The position numbers and the translations under genes were made by a program. 64,000 bases of DNA from an uncultured Cryomorphaceae bacterium (lineage in GTDB: Bacteria > Bacteroidota > Bacteroidia > Flavobacteriales_D > SKUL01), in NCBI GenBank assembly GCA_964487545.1, contig CAZARI010000005.1, forward strand, positions 25,061 to 89,060, in the 5' to 3' direction. The notes beneath the pieces were generated by a model, which did no database searches, was not told the DNA's origin, and saw only the letters and a list, made by a program, of their open reading frames with translations. Numbering within the stretch: the first letter of the stretch is position 1; every line of letters begins with the position of its first letter. This document shows positions 17,782 through 27,095 of this stretch, piece after piece.

Positions 17782-18240
17782 GTGGTTGGGTTTTTTAACC
17801 ACGAAGGTCACTAAGTTTTCACGAAGGTCATGAAGTTTCTCTGTGTTCTTAGTGAAGCCTCTGTGCTCTTAGTGGTTGAGCGTTTTAACCGCGGAGTTCA
17901 CTAAGTTTCCACGAAGGTCACTAAGGTTTTCTCTGTTGTGGTTGGGTGTTTAACCACGAAGTTTTCACGAAGTTTTCACGAAGGTCACTAAGGTTTTCTC
18001 TTTTGTGGTTGGGTGTTTTAACCACGGAGTGTACTAAGTCTCTGTGTTCTTAGTGAAGCCTCTGTGCTCTTAGTGGTTGAGCGTTTTAACCGCGGAGTTC
18101 ACTAAGTTTTCACGAAGGTCACTAAGGTTTTCTCTGTTGTGGTTGGGTGTTTAACCACGAAGTTCACGAAGTTTCCACGAAGGTCACGAAGTTTTCTCTG
18201 TGTTCTTAGTGATGCCTCTGTGCCCTTTGTGGTTAAGCTT
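17782..18240. repeat. array of six GTGGTT-N8/9-AACC(A/G)C hairpins embedded in short CACGAAG/CTTAGTG repeats, including a 125-bp direct repeat
   Basis: Hairpins at 17782-17802, 17872-17892, 17938-17957, 18005-18025, 18073-18093 and 18139-18158, plus a partial one at 18229. Segments 17839-17963 and 18040-18164 are identical except one base (17909 C vs 18110 T). The arms are made of TTCACGAAG(G)TCAC(T/G)AAG units and their complements CTTAGTGA.GCCTCTGTG. No ORF of 60 aa or more lies in the region. Confidence 0.85.
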
Positions 18241-18243
18241 TTT

Positions 18244-19569
18244 TCATTGAATCTCCGATACCCGCACTTTTTTCTTTTTCAGCTTGGTGTTGGTCACGCG
18301 TTGAATTAGTTTTTCTAGGTTTTCTGGTCGTACCGCTACAAAAGCACAATCCGGCTTGATTTCAATTAAACCCAGCTCATCGGGTGTTAATTTCCCTTGC
18401 TTCATAAACAAACCCGCAATGTCGCCTTTGGATATTTTGTCGCGCCGACCACCGGTAACGTACAGCGTTTTCCAGCCCGATTCTTTGTTTGGTTTGGTTT
18501 GTTGTAGCTCCTTCGGGTCAATCACCGGCGGCTTCAGTTTTTTAATAAAGTGGGGCAGATCCTGTTGATTCCATTTCAGCACATAGGCCGTTCCTTCAGC
18601 ATTCATCCGGGCAGTTCGGCCATTCCGATGGGTAAATTCATCGGGGCGTGGCGGAAGTTCAAAATGAATAATGAACTGGATTTCGGGGACATCAATTCCC
18701 CGTGCTGCCAAATCGGTAGCCAAGAGAACGTGATGCGTTCCGTTCCGAAATCGAATCAATGACCGTTCGCGGTCGCGTTGTTCCATCCCACCATAAAAAC
18801 AATCGTGTTTTAGATCGTTTTCGGTAAGAAATGCACTTACACGTTCAATGCTGTCGCGGAAATTGCAAAAAACAATTCCCGGTTGGTTGCCAAGGTGCTT
18901 CAAAAGGAGCAATAGTGTTGGCAGTTTATCCAGATTGGGCGATACCACTGTTTTGATTTGCAGTCGCTCCACGCCCTCATCCAGGTAATCAATTGTCTTT
19001 GGATTGCGCAGCGCTACAAATGCCGGAATCTGAACTTTTTGTGTCGCGGAAGTCAACATCTTTTTCGTCAACGAAGGCAGCGCAGACAAAATTTCGCTCA
19101 TATCACCTTCAAATCCGATTTCCAGCGATTTGTCAAATTCATCCAGAACAAGCGTGTGAATATTATCTACAGAAAAACTTTCTCGACGGAAATGATCTGC
19201 CACGCGACCTGGAGTTCCGATCAATACTGTGGGCGGGTGTTGCAGGTCGAGTTTGTCCTGAGCGGTTGCGCGGCCGCCGTACACAGCGTTCACTTTAAAT
19301 CCGGTTCCCATGTCGCGAAGCACCTGCTCAATTTGCGTGGCCAACTCGCGAGAGGGAGCTAAAATCAATGCCTGCACACCACTGATGTCGCGGTTGAGCG
19401 CTGCTACTATTGGAAGCAGAAAAGCAACGGTTTTTCCGGTACCGGTAGGCGAAAGCAGAATCACTTCATCTTCGGTAGCCATTACCGACAGGGCTTCCTG
19501 CTGCATCGGATTCAGGTTTTCAATGCCCAGCTTTTCGAGAATCCGTTGTTGGTCTTTTGCTCCTTTCAT
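18244..19569 (-). CDS. dbpA: DEAD-box family ATP-dependent RNA helicase with C-terminal DbpA-type RNA-binding domain
   Basis: Q-motif region LNPMQQEA, motif I SPTGTGKT, motif II VLDEFD (not DEAD), SAT, and motif VI HRNGRTAR. The C-terminal LYVTGGRRDKISKGDIAGLF...CAFVAV is DbpA-domain-like. I prefer ATG 19569 (MKGAKDQ) over the TTG at 19602 used by the track. Confidence 0.8.
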   Translation of the reverse strand: MKGAKDQQRILEKLGIENLNPMQQEALSVMATEDEVILLSPTGTGKTVAFLLPIVAALNRDISGVQALILAPSRELATQIEQVLRDMGTGFKVNAVYGGRATAQDKLDLQHPPTVLIGTPGRVADHFRRESFSVDNIHTLVLDEFDKSLEIGFEGDMSEILSALPSLTKKMLTSATQKVQIPAFVALRNPKTIDYLDEGVERLQIKTVVSPNLDKLPTLLLLLKHLGNQPGIVFCNFRDSIERVSAFLTENDLKHDCFYGGMEQRDRERSLIRFRNGTHHVLLATDLAARGIDVPEIQFIIHFELPPRPDEFTHRNGRTARMNAEGTAYVLKWNQQDLPHFIKKLKPPVIDPKELQQTKPNKESGWKTLYVTGGRRDKISKGDIAGLFMKQGKLTPDELGLIEIKPDCAFVAVRPENLEKLIQRVTNTKLKKKKVRVSEIQ

Positions 19570-19804
19570 CACACTTGTTTGTGCCGACAAAGGTACGGGC
19601 AATTTGGAGGAGAGTTAATTTTGTAATGAATTCAAATGTATTTGACTTCATCTTTATTATAATCCATGGTTACACTCCCCATGAATTGCCACCCATAGTT
19701 TTTCGTGGTCCATAAAATTGTCTCGATGAACAGATGGAAAATCCAAACATTTTTCGGATATTCATAGGACGCAATAAAACCCCTTTTTTTAACTGCCCAT
19801 AAGT

Positions 19805-20302
19805 ATGAAGACCGAGAAATTATCCTACGAAATACGCGGTAATAGAATCTTTACTACCCGTGAGTTTGACGCTCCGCGCGATATCGTTTTCAATGCCTTT
19901 TCTGAATGTGAATTGCTGCAAAAGTGGTGGGGGCCGCGCACTTGGCCGGTGAGGTATTGTAGTATCGATTTTCAAAATGGTGGAGAATGGCACTATTGTC
20001 TTCAGGGACCGGAGCACGAGGATGAATCGTGGGCCAAGGCCATATTTACTGAAATTCGACGACCCGAATACATCGCTTTTGAAGACTACTTTTCCGACAA
20101 GGATGGAAACATCAACCGGGCCATGCCTTCGTCGCTCAACCATTACCATTTTAGCGAAGACAGCGGAAAAACCATTCTTAATTGTGAAACCGTCTATGCA
20201 AGCGAAGAGGATGTACAAAAGGTGCTTGGCCTGGGCACCATTGACGGGCTTGCAGAAACTTTTGACCGGCTCGATGAATTGCTCGAAAAGATTTCGAGAT
20301 AA
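19805..20302 (+). CDS. SRPBCC / AHSA1 (activator of Hsp90 ATPase homologue)-like domain protein
   Basis: 165 aa. FDAPRDIVFNAFSECELLQKWWGPRTWP is a typical AHSA1/START-like N-terminus. Confidence 0.7.
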   Translation: MKTEKLSYEIRGNRIFTTREFDAPRDIVFNAFSECELLQKWWGPRTWPVRYCSIDFQNGGEWHYCLQGPEHEDESWAKAIFTEIRRPEYIAFEDYFSDKDGNINRAMPSSLNHYHFSEDSGKTILNCETVYASEEDVQKVLGLGTIDGLAETFDRLDELLEKISR

Positions 20303-20703
20303 TGCAGCAGTGCAGATTGATAAGCTGCTAATATTTGCACACAAACCGCAACACCGATTTTTCTTCACGTGAATCCCCGCATGATGCACCCCGCCCTCGG
20401 GTGAAACACATTGTGCATTCTTTACACTGATATAACAAGCATTTTTTATTTCTGGAAAACAGCTTGGTCGTAACCAGAAGAGCCCTCATTGAAATAATGG
20501 GCTTGAACGGAATCGGCAAATCTCAACCATTCTGCACGCCGTCTCAAAAGCACGCATAAAGTTCAAAACCCAATTTTCTGGCCTGTTTCGGCTGATTTTT
20601 ATCTCACTATACACGAAAAGTACTGTGACGATCGGTCATACCACATTCGCGGTATTTTGCGTCTTGTGCAAACGAAACCAGTGAATATCTCGATTTCTGA
20701 ACT

Positions 20704-20711
20704 TAATTTTG
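20704..20711 (+). promoter_or_regulatory. candidate -7 box (TAATTTTG) for the TonB-dependent receptor
   Basis: Exact TAnnTTTG match, 36 nt upstream of ATG 20747. Confidence 0.35.
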
Positions 20712-20746
20712 ACCCGCTATTTAAAATCATTCTAAATAATTGAAAT

Positions 20747-23191
20747 ATGTTTCAACGGGTGTTAATTATTGTGGCCATTCAGATTTTTACTGTTGCCGCT
20801 TTGCTGGCTCAGACCGAAACCGGAATCATTTCGGGAACGATTAAAGGAGACGAGGGACCATTGCCGGCAGCCACCATTCAGATAAAAGAGAGTAAGCAGG
20901 TCTTATCAACCGACCAAGAGGGGGTGTTCAGGCTTGAAAAGGCTGCTGGAGACTATACGCTTACTGTGAGTTATGTTGGTTATGTTACACAGGTTCAAAA
21001 AGTGCATGTGGTAGCCGGTGAGGAGCATGCAGTGCAATTCAATATGCAGCCATCCCGTATTGACCTAAAAGGGGTGGAGGTTTTTGGCGAAACTGCCCGC
21101 CAGCCCGAAAAGCTGGCTACCCTTACCCGATTGCCGCTTCGTCCGGTGGATCAGATTCAGAGTATTTCTGTCATTTCCGATAAATTGATTTTACTTCAGG
21201 GTGGACTCACCCTATCCGAAACCGCCCGAAACGTGCCAGGTGTATACACCTTTGCCACCTACGGAAATCAGCGTGAAAGTATGTCGGCCCGCGGGTATCG
21301 TGGCATTCCGATTTTGAAGAACGGCGTGCGGGTCAACTCAGATTTTCGCGGAGTGGGAATCCTGACCGACATGCAGGGAGTAGAAAGCCTTCAGGTGCTA
21401 AAGGGTTCTGCGGCCGTCACCCAGGGAGTAGCCACCGATATTGGAAGTCCCGGTGGAGTAATTAATATCGTCACTAAAACCCCTCAGTTTATTAATCGTT
21501 CTGCCGCTTCGTTGCGAGTGGGTTCTTTCGGGCAGTTTAGACCGGCTTTTGATGTGCAGGGAGTGCTCGACAAAAACGAAACATTTGCCGTGCGCGTAAA
21601 CGGCGCCTATGAGCGCAAAGACGGTTTCCGCCCCGGTGTGTCAGCAGAAAAAATCTATGTAAACCCTTCGATTTCGTGGCGTCCCGACCGACGAACAACC
21701 ATCGTTGTAGAAATGGATTACTTAGATGACAACCGAACGCCCGATCCGGGAACCATCAACCTCTCGAGCAACGATACCAATAAAATTTACGATTTGCCGT
21801 ACGACCGTTTCCTCGGATTCGAAAGCAACAACGCACAGAATGTCAACACTTCTTATGCCGCCCGACTGGTGCGCGAACTCAATCCAAACCTGTCCTTTCG
21901 CTTGGCTTTTATAAAATCGAACTTGAATGTCAATGCAGTAACCACCTCGGTTTCGAGCGCTATTCAAGGCGTTGAACTCGAAAGCTATAACGAGCGTTAC
22001 CGCACCATTGGCGGATCCAATCGAATAGATAACAACTCGGTATTGCAGCTCGACCTGATCGGTCAGGATGTACAAACCGGCTTTATGAAGCACACCTTTC
22101 AAGTAGGAGTGGATTACCGCACCAACTTTCTCGAAACCACTTCGCGGCGAATGACTTCAGGAGATTATGTCGATATCATCGATGTGTTTCAACCCATCAA
22201 CAACACATTGCCATCGTTAGCAACATTTGTCAACAATCCAGACAGCACCACCGCACTTTCGCTTTCCGATGCACCGTCGGTGAGCAGCAAAAGCCAGTCG
22301 TTTGGTTTGATGGCGCAGGATGTGATCACTTTTAATAAATACCTCAGGGCTTTTATCGGGCTTCGATTTAGTACCATGCAAAGTACCAGTTCTACCAATG
22401 ATGTGGGCGTAACCCGGGGAGATGCATTAAACCCCATTGTGGGATTGATGGTTTCGCCGATAAAGGGACTCAACCTGTTTGGCTCTTATACCAGCAGCAC
22501 CAGCCTGAGCGGTGCAACCAACATCGATATCCACGGCAATGAACTCGGCGATCAGCGTATTGACCAGATTGAAGCCGGATTTAAATCGGAGTGGTTCAAC
22601 CAACGACTGAGATTTAACCTGACCGCCTACAAAATCAACAATAAAAACATGAGCTTGGTGGTGTATGATGCGAACGGAAACCCTACCGGATACTACGAAA
22701 AAGGCGGAAACGACGAGCGTATCGGTCTCGAAGCCGAAGTCATCGGACGCTTATTTAACGACCTTGAATTGGTAGCCGGTTATGCCTTTATCGACGCACA
22801 ATACAAAGAGCACAATGCATTTTACGAAGGTTCAGCACCGCTCAACACCCCAAAACACACGGCCAATGCGTGGCTAAACTATACCTTCAATTCAGAGAGC
22901 GCATTGCACGGACTTAATTTCGGAGCCGGTTTATACTACATTGGCGAACGCCCGGTAAACGATTGGTCGGCTATGGTTACCCACGAGGGAATTGTGCCAC
23001 ACCAAAAACCGTTTGATATCGATGCCTATACCATCGTTAATGCTTATGTGGGTTATCGCTACAAAAACTACGGCGTGCGGGTGCTCTTCAACAACATCTT
23101 TGATGAAATCGGATACAACGCCTACCGCACCAGCTTTATCAACCAGATTGATCCGCGCAACTTTGCCGTGGTGATCAGTGCGGTATTTTAA
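20747..23191 (+). CDS. TonB-dependent (siderophore-type) outer-membrane receptor with N-terminal carboxypeptidase-regulatory-like domain
   Basis: Signal peptide. CarbopepD_reg-like GIISGTIKGDEGPLPAATIQI...YTLTVSYVGY. Plug region (ESLQVLKGSAAVTQG). A long beta-barrel ending in the aromatic terminal ...AVVISAVF. Confidence 0.9.
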   Translation: MFQRVLIIVAIQIFTVAALLAQTETGIISGTIKGDEGPLPAATIQIKESKQVLSTDQEGVFRLEKAAGDYTLTVSYVGYVTQVQKVHVVAGEEHAVQFNMQPSRIDLKGVEVFGETARQPEKLATLTRLPLRPVDQIQSISVISDKLILLQGGLTLSETARNVPGVYTFATYGNQRESMSARGYRGIPILKNGVRVNSDFRGVGILTDMQGVESLQVLKGSAAVTQGVATDIGSPGGVINIVTKTPQFINRSAASLRVGSFGQFRPAFDVQGVLDKNETFAVRVNGAYERKDGFRPGVSAEKIYVNPSISWRPDRRTTIVVEMDYLDDNRTPDPGTINLSSNDTNKIYDLPYDRFLGFESNNAQNVNTSYAARLVRELNPNLSFRLAFIKSNLNVNAVTTSVSSAIQGVELESYNERYRTIGGSNRIDNNSVLQLDLIGQDVQTGFMKHTFQVGVDYRTNFLETTSRRMTSGDYVDIIDVFQPINNTLPSLATFVNNPDSTTALSLSDAPSVSSKSQSFGLMAQDVITFNKYLRAFIGLRFSTMQSTSSTNDVGVTRGDALNPIVGLMVSPIKGLNLFGSYTSSTSLSGATNIDIHGNELGDQRIDQIEAGFKSEWFNQRLRFNLTAYKINNKNMSLVVYDANGNPTGYYEKGGNDERIGLEAEVIGRLFNDLELVAGYAFIDAQYKEHNAFYEGSAPLNTPKHTANAWLNYTFNSESALHGLNFGAGLYYIGERPVNDWSAMVTHEGIVPHQKPFDIDAYTIVNAYVGYRYKNYGVRVLFNNIFDEIGYNAYRTSFINQIDPRNFAVVISAVF

Positions 23192-23204
23192 GTCGATTTA
23201 ACCA

Positions 23205-24344
23205 ATGGCCAAATCATCTGCCTACACGCTTAAAAAACTGATCAACGACATTCATTTGTGGTTGGGAGTTATCAGCGGACTCATCGTTTTTGTGGTCTGC
23301 CTTAGCGGAACGCTCTATGTGTTTCGGTCTGAAATTGAGCGCGCCATCGAGCCACAGAAATATTCGGTTGTTGTTCCCGAAGGTCAGTCTGCGCTTTCGC
23401 ACGAAGTGCTGATTGAAACAGTGGTGCAATTCACCGGAGGAACGGCAAGTTACATCACTACCGATCCTGCTCCCCATGCGTCATGGGTGGTGAATGTGAA
23501 AAAGAATGCGGAGGATCGCCGCGGAAGTAATTACCTGGTGAATCCATATACTGCTCAAGTGCTTGGCGATACCAAAGGCCCTGCAACCGGTTTTTTTATG
23601 ACGATGTTTAAACTGCATCGCTGGCTGCTGCTTCCTGTTGCCATTGGGCGGCCGGTGGTGGGGGTGGCCACCATTATTTTTGTGGTGCTGTGTATCACCG
23701 GATTGATCATGTGGTGGCCCAAGCGCATCCGCAATATCAAACAGGGGCTGCGGTTGAAACTTTCTGCAGGGTGGAAAAGAATCAACTACGATCTGCACAA
23801 CGTGCTCGGTTTTTATTCGCTGTTGTTGCTGGTGGTGATGGGACTCACGGGTTTAAGCTGGTCGTTTGACTGGTATCGCGACGGACTTAGCAACGTGCTC
23901 GGTGCAAAGGTGTTTGACCGCAGTCGCCCCGAAGAGCCGGCGGCTCAGGACTATGAAACAGCACCGGGAACGATGGCCGATTTTGTCGTCGCAGCCAATC
24001 ACGTGCTTCCGTATCAGGGAAAGATGCGTATTTCTATTCCCAGTCAAGATCAGGCGCTTGTTATTGTCGGAAAGGAAAAATCAGGTGCCATGGCTTTGCA
24101 TGCGCACGACCGCGTAGTGCTCAATAAATATACCCTCCAGGCCGTTGAGGTCACCAAGTTTTCAGAACAACCCCTCGGAGCGCAAATCGCGTCATCCATC
24201 TATTCGCTGCACATTGGCGATATCTTCGGTACATTTTCAAAAGTGCTTTATTTCATTGCCTGTTTGATTGGCACCAGCTTGCCGCTTACCGGAACGATAA
24301 TCTGGATCAACAAGCTCAGAAAAAAGCGCAAACGCCGCTGCTGA
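23205..24344 (+). CDS. PepSY-associated TM helix protein (PiuB-like, partner of the TonB-dependent receptor)
   Basis: DIHLWLGVISGLIVFVVCLSGTLYVF start, KLHRWLLLP, and SLHIGDIFG...LPLTGTIIWINKLRKKR at the end. This topology is typical of PepSY_TM proteins. Confidence 0.8.
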   Translation: MAKSSAYTLKKLINDIHLWLGVISGLIVFVVCLSGTLYVFRSEIERAIEPQKYSVVVPEGQSALSHEVLIETVVQFTGGTASYITTDPAPHASWVVNVKKNAEDRRGSNYLVNPYTAQVLGDTKGPATGFFMTMFKLHRWLLLPVAIGRPVVGVATIIFVVLCITGLIMWWPKRIRNIKQGLRLKLSAGWKRINYDLHNVLGFYSLLLLVVMGLTGLSWSFDWYRDGLSNVLGAKVFDRSRPEEPAAQDYETAPGTMADFVVAANHVLPYQGKMRISIPSQDQALVIVGKEKSGAMALHAHDRVVLNKYTLQAVEVTKFSEQPLGAQIASSIYSLHIGDIFGTFSKVLYFIACLIGTSLPLTGTIIWINKLRKKRKRRC

Positions 24345-24606
24345 TCATTCAGAAAAACGATTGCATCCTCGGGCATTCATTCTCATGCGTATTTTTTGAA
24401 AATTCACCTTCCCGACAAGAAGGATTTTTGATGTGTAGACCATCTGTAAATGATGCAATTAATCTGAAAATTTCTGTAAGGATTTAGGTGAATTTGTTGG
24501 CCAATTTTGTGTGACACAAGACCCAAAAAACGAGTGAGTTCTAAACTCTGAAAAGGGCTAAAGTGAATAAAACAGAATCATTAAACACCAATTAAATCAC
24601 TAAATC

Positions 24607-25155
24607 ATGAAAGGAAAAAACGGAGCATCAAAAGATGGTGCAATGAAGGCAAAGAAAGGAGCAGCCGCAGGACTTCGCGAGTTGTTTATTGACGAGTTGA
24701 AAGACATTTATTGGGCAGAAAAAGCCTTGGTGAAAGCCATGCCCAAAATGGCGAAAAACGCAAGTAGCAACGAGCTGGTGCAAGCGCTGGAACAGCATCT
24801 TAAAGAAACCGAAAATCAAGTGGAGCGTCTCGAAAAAGTATTCGAAGCCATCGGTGAAAAAGCCACTGGCAAGAAGTGCGAGGCCATGGAAGGACTCATT
24901 GCTGAGGCCGAAGAATTGATGAAATCAACCGAAGAGGGAATGGTGCGCGACGCAGCGATTATTTCTGCTGCTCAGAAAGTAGAGCACTACGAAATTGCAA
25001 GCTACGGAACGCTTTGCTCAATGGCCAAAACACTCAACGAAGATGAAGCAGCAAAACTGCTTTATGAAACACTCGAAGAAGAGAAATCTACCGACGAAAT
25101 ACTGACCAAAGTGTCGGAAACCGTCAATGAAGAAGCGCTGGTTGAAGAAGAATAA
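24607..25155 (+). CDS. ferritin-like DUF892 (YciE/YciF) family stress protein
   Basis: LRELFIDELKDIYWAEKALVKAMPKMAKNA..LEQHLKETENQVERLEKVF...HYEIASYGTL. The exact start is uncertain (several in-frame Met). Confidence 0.75.
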   Translation: MKGKNGASKDGAMKAKKGAAAGLRELFIDELKDIYWAEKALVKAMPKMAKNASSNELVQALEQHLKETENQVERLEKVFEAIGEKATGKKCEAMEGLIAEAEELMKSTEEGMVRDAAIISAAQKVEHYEIASYGTLCSMAKTLNEDEAAKLLYETLEEEKSTDEILTKVSETVNEEALVEEE

Positions 25156-25200
25156 ACCACTTTTACCATTGCAACAGGGGGTATTTCAATTTGGTTTAAT

Positions 25201-25241
25201 AAGGTAAAGTAACCACCCAGGTTGCTTTACCTTTTTGTTTT
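25201..25241 (+). terminator. intrinsic terminator after the YciE-like gene
   Basis: AAGGTAAAG(25201-09)/CTTTACCTT(25225-33): a perfect 9-bp stem with a 15-nt loop, followed by TTTTGTTTTT. Confidence 0.65.
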
Positions 25242-25260
25242 TCACTAATGCTTAAATTAC

Positions 25261-25380
25261 ATGAATAATTTTTTTAAAACACTTATTGCTGGTTATGGCG
25301 CATGGAAACTAGGCGGCGGATGTTTCGGTACAATAATCGTTTTTGTCATTATCTGGGTGGTGCTCGGACAGTGCAGCTAA
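25261..25380 (+). CDS. candidate 39-aa small membrane protein (below the ORF-track size cut-off)
   Basis: Hand translation: MNNFFKTLIAGYGAWKLGGGCFGTIIVFVIIWVVLGQCS*. One TM helix. It starts 20 nt after the terminator and ends 10 nt before the next ORF. Confidence 0.35.
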   Translation: MNNFFKTLIAGYGAWKLGGGCFGTIIVFVIIWVVLGQCS

Positions 25381-25390
25381 CAGAATTGCC

Positions 25391-25765
25391 ATGCCGTCAC
25401 TGGTAACATACGCTGCGTGGATTTTGACAACCGCTATGGTGATGTCGCTGATTTATGAAATATTTCGGATTCTGGCCAGATCTGAAGTTTCTGAATACGA
25501 CCGCTGGCCACACTTTTTGAAACGCAACACGCCGCATTATCTCGTTTCGGCTGTGGTAATCATGCTTATTTATCTCGATTTTAGTTGGTCGGCCTGGGTT
25601 GGATTGATTTACTGCGTGGTGCTCATTCTCGTCGCAGGATTTTATTACAACGTGAAAATCATGCCTGCACGCAATCCCCAACTGATTGATTGGCTTGAAA
25701 ATTTGCTCTATGGCGGATTGGTGTTTAGTGCTGCCACCCTGTTGATTATTGAGTTGTTGCTGTAG
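25391..25765 (+). CDS. hypothetical 4-TM membrane protein
   Basis: MPSLVTYAAWILTTAMVMSLIYEIF..., with four hydrophobic segments. I recognise no family. The track start at 25343 overlaps the small ORF. Confidence 0.5.
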   Translation: MPSLVTYAAWILTTAMVMSLIYEIFRILARSEVSEYDRWPHFLKRNTPHYLVSAVVIMLIYLDFSWSAWVGLIYCVVLILVAGFYYNVKIMPARNPQLIDWLENLLYGGLVFSAATLLIIELLL

Positions 25766-25829
25766 CGACAAACAAAACTTCCGGTGTTTATATAGGATGG
25801 AAGACACATTTTTTGAGTAAATTAATTAA

Positions 25830-27059
25830 ATGGAACAGGCTGCAAAACGAAAGGGATTTGGTAAAAAGGGTTTGGTGGTTGCCGTGCTGCTGATTGTTGG
25901 GCTGTATTTTTTAATTGAAGGATTAATTGCTGCCTCGGGATTTCTCGGCCCCTTAACATTGGCCGTCATCCTGTCGATGGTGCTTATTCCGCTGGTCAAT
26001 AAAATGGAAATGTGGGGGTTGAGCCGGTCAGCATCCACGTTTGTCGCTGTTTTTATCACGTTTTCGCTCGTGGCCATCATTATTGGATTGTTGATTGTGC
26101 AGGTTAATAGTATTGCCAAAGACTGGAAGGAAGTGAAGGAAAATGTTCGTCCGGGTATCGAACAACTACAACAAAAAATTCAACAGGCAACGGGTGCAAC
26201 GCCCGAGCAACAAACGCGCTTTCTCGAGAATAATATTCCCATTTTGGGAAGCAATAAGTCAAAGCCCCAGCCCGAAATCTCTGAAGATGGGAGTGGGGAA
26301 GAAGGGGAGCAACAAGCCAACACCGGTGGAGGTCAGATTGACAAAGTGTCCGGTGCAATGATGGCGTTTGTAATGGCCTTCGGAAATTTTTTGCTGGTTT
26401 TTGTGTACGTCTTTTTCATGCTGCTTTATCGCAGAAAGCTCAAGCTATCTTTTCTTAAATTTTTTCCCAACGATAAGCGCGAAGAAGCACACACCGTTTT
26501 ACTCGAAGCGATAAAGGTAGCCGAACAATACCTGGCGGGTCGCTTGCTGCTGATTATATTCCTCGCCATTTTTTATGGTGTTGGATTTGCCATCCTCGGT
26601 ATAAAGAGTGCCATTTTCATAGCGATTTTTGCGGCATTGCTCAGTTTAATTCCCTACATCGGAAATATCATTGCATTTTTTCTTGCGCTGGTTATGGCCG
26701 CTTTTGCGGGTGCAGACCTAACCATGGTGGTCGGGATTTTTATCACGTTTGCCGTGGCGCAATTTATTGAAAGTTACATCCTGGAGCCCTATCTGGTCGG
26801 AGATAAAGTAGATCTCAATCCATTGCTCACGATTTTGGTAGTGGTAGTAGGCGGCGCGGTTTGGGGCGCTATGGGTATGATTATCAGTATTCCTGTTTTT
26901 GCGATTATCAAAATCATCTCTGACCACATTCCCGATCTCCATCCCATTGGTTATACACTTGGCGTAGAGGATATCAGCTCAGGCGACGAAAATGCAATCA
27001 GTAAACTTATCCGAAGACTAAAGAAAGCCATGCAACATAAACGTGATAATATTAAATAG
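25830..27059 (+). CDS. AI-2E family transporter (PerM/UPF0118)
   Basis: 409 aa and polytopic. The C-terminal block ESYILEPYLVGDKVDLNPLLTILVVVVGGAVWGAMGMIISIP is typical of the family. Confidence 0.85.
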   Translation: MEQAAKRKGFGKKGLVVAVLLIVGLYFLIEGLIAASGFLGPLTLAVILSMVLIPLVNKMEMWGLSRSASTFVAVFITFSLVAIIIGLLIVQVNSIAKDWKEVKENVRPGIEQLQQKIQQATGATPEQQTRFLENNIPILGSNKSKPQPEISEDGSGEEGEQQANTGGGQIDKVSGAMMAFVMAFGNFLLVFVYVFFMLLYRRKLKLSFLKFFPNDKREEAHTVLLEAIKVAEQYLAGRLLLIIFLAIFYGVGFAILGIKSAIFIAIFAALLSLIPYIGNIIAFFLALVMAAFAGADLTMVVGIFITFAVAQFIESYILEPYLVGDKVDLNPLLTILVVVVGGAVWGAMGMIISIPVFAIIKIISDHIPDLHPIGYTLGVEDISSGDENAISKLIRRLKKAMQHKRDNIK

Positions 27060-27095
27060 CGATCTTTATCCCCCTGTTACAATAGCTAATCGTAA

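Noticed and set aside
17782-18240. CRISPR array
   Set aside because: The repeats are not uniform in length or spacing. The intervening segments are themselves repeated (a 125-bp duplication) rather than being unique spacers. The units are palindromic with short tandem sub-repeats, and no cas genes are in the window.
20303-20746. Fur box or riboswitch in the 445-bp leader of the TonB-dependent receptor
   Set aside because: There is no good match to GATAATGATAATCATTATC (only AAATCATTCTAAATAATT-like AT-rich sequence), no B12-box or TPP features, and only short 5-bp stems.
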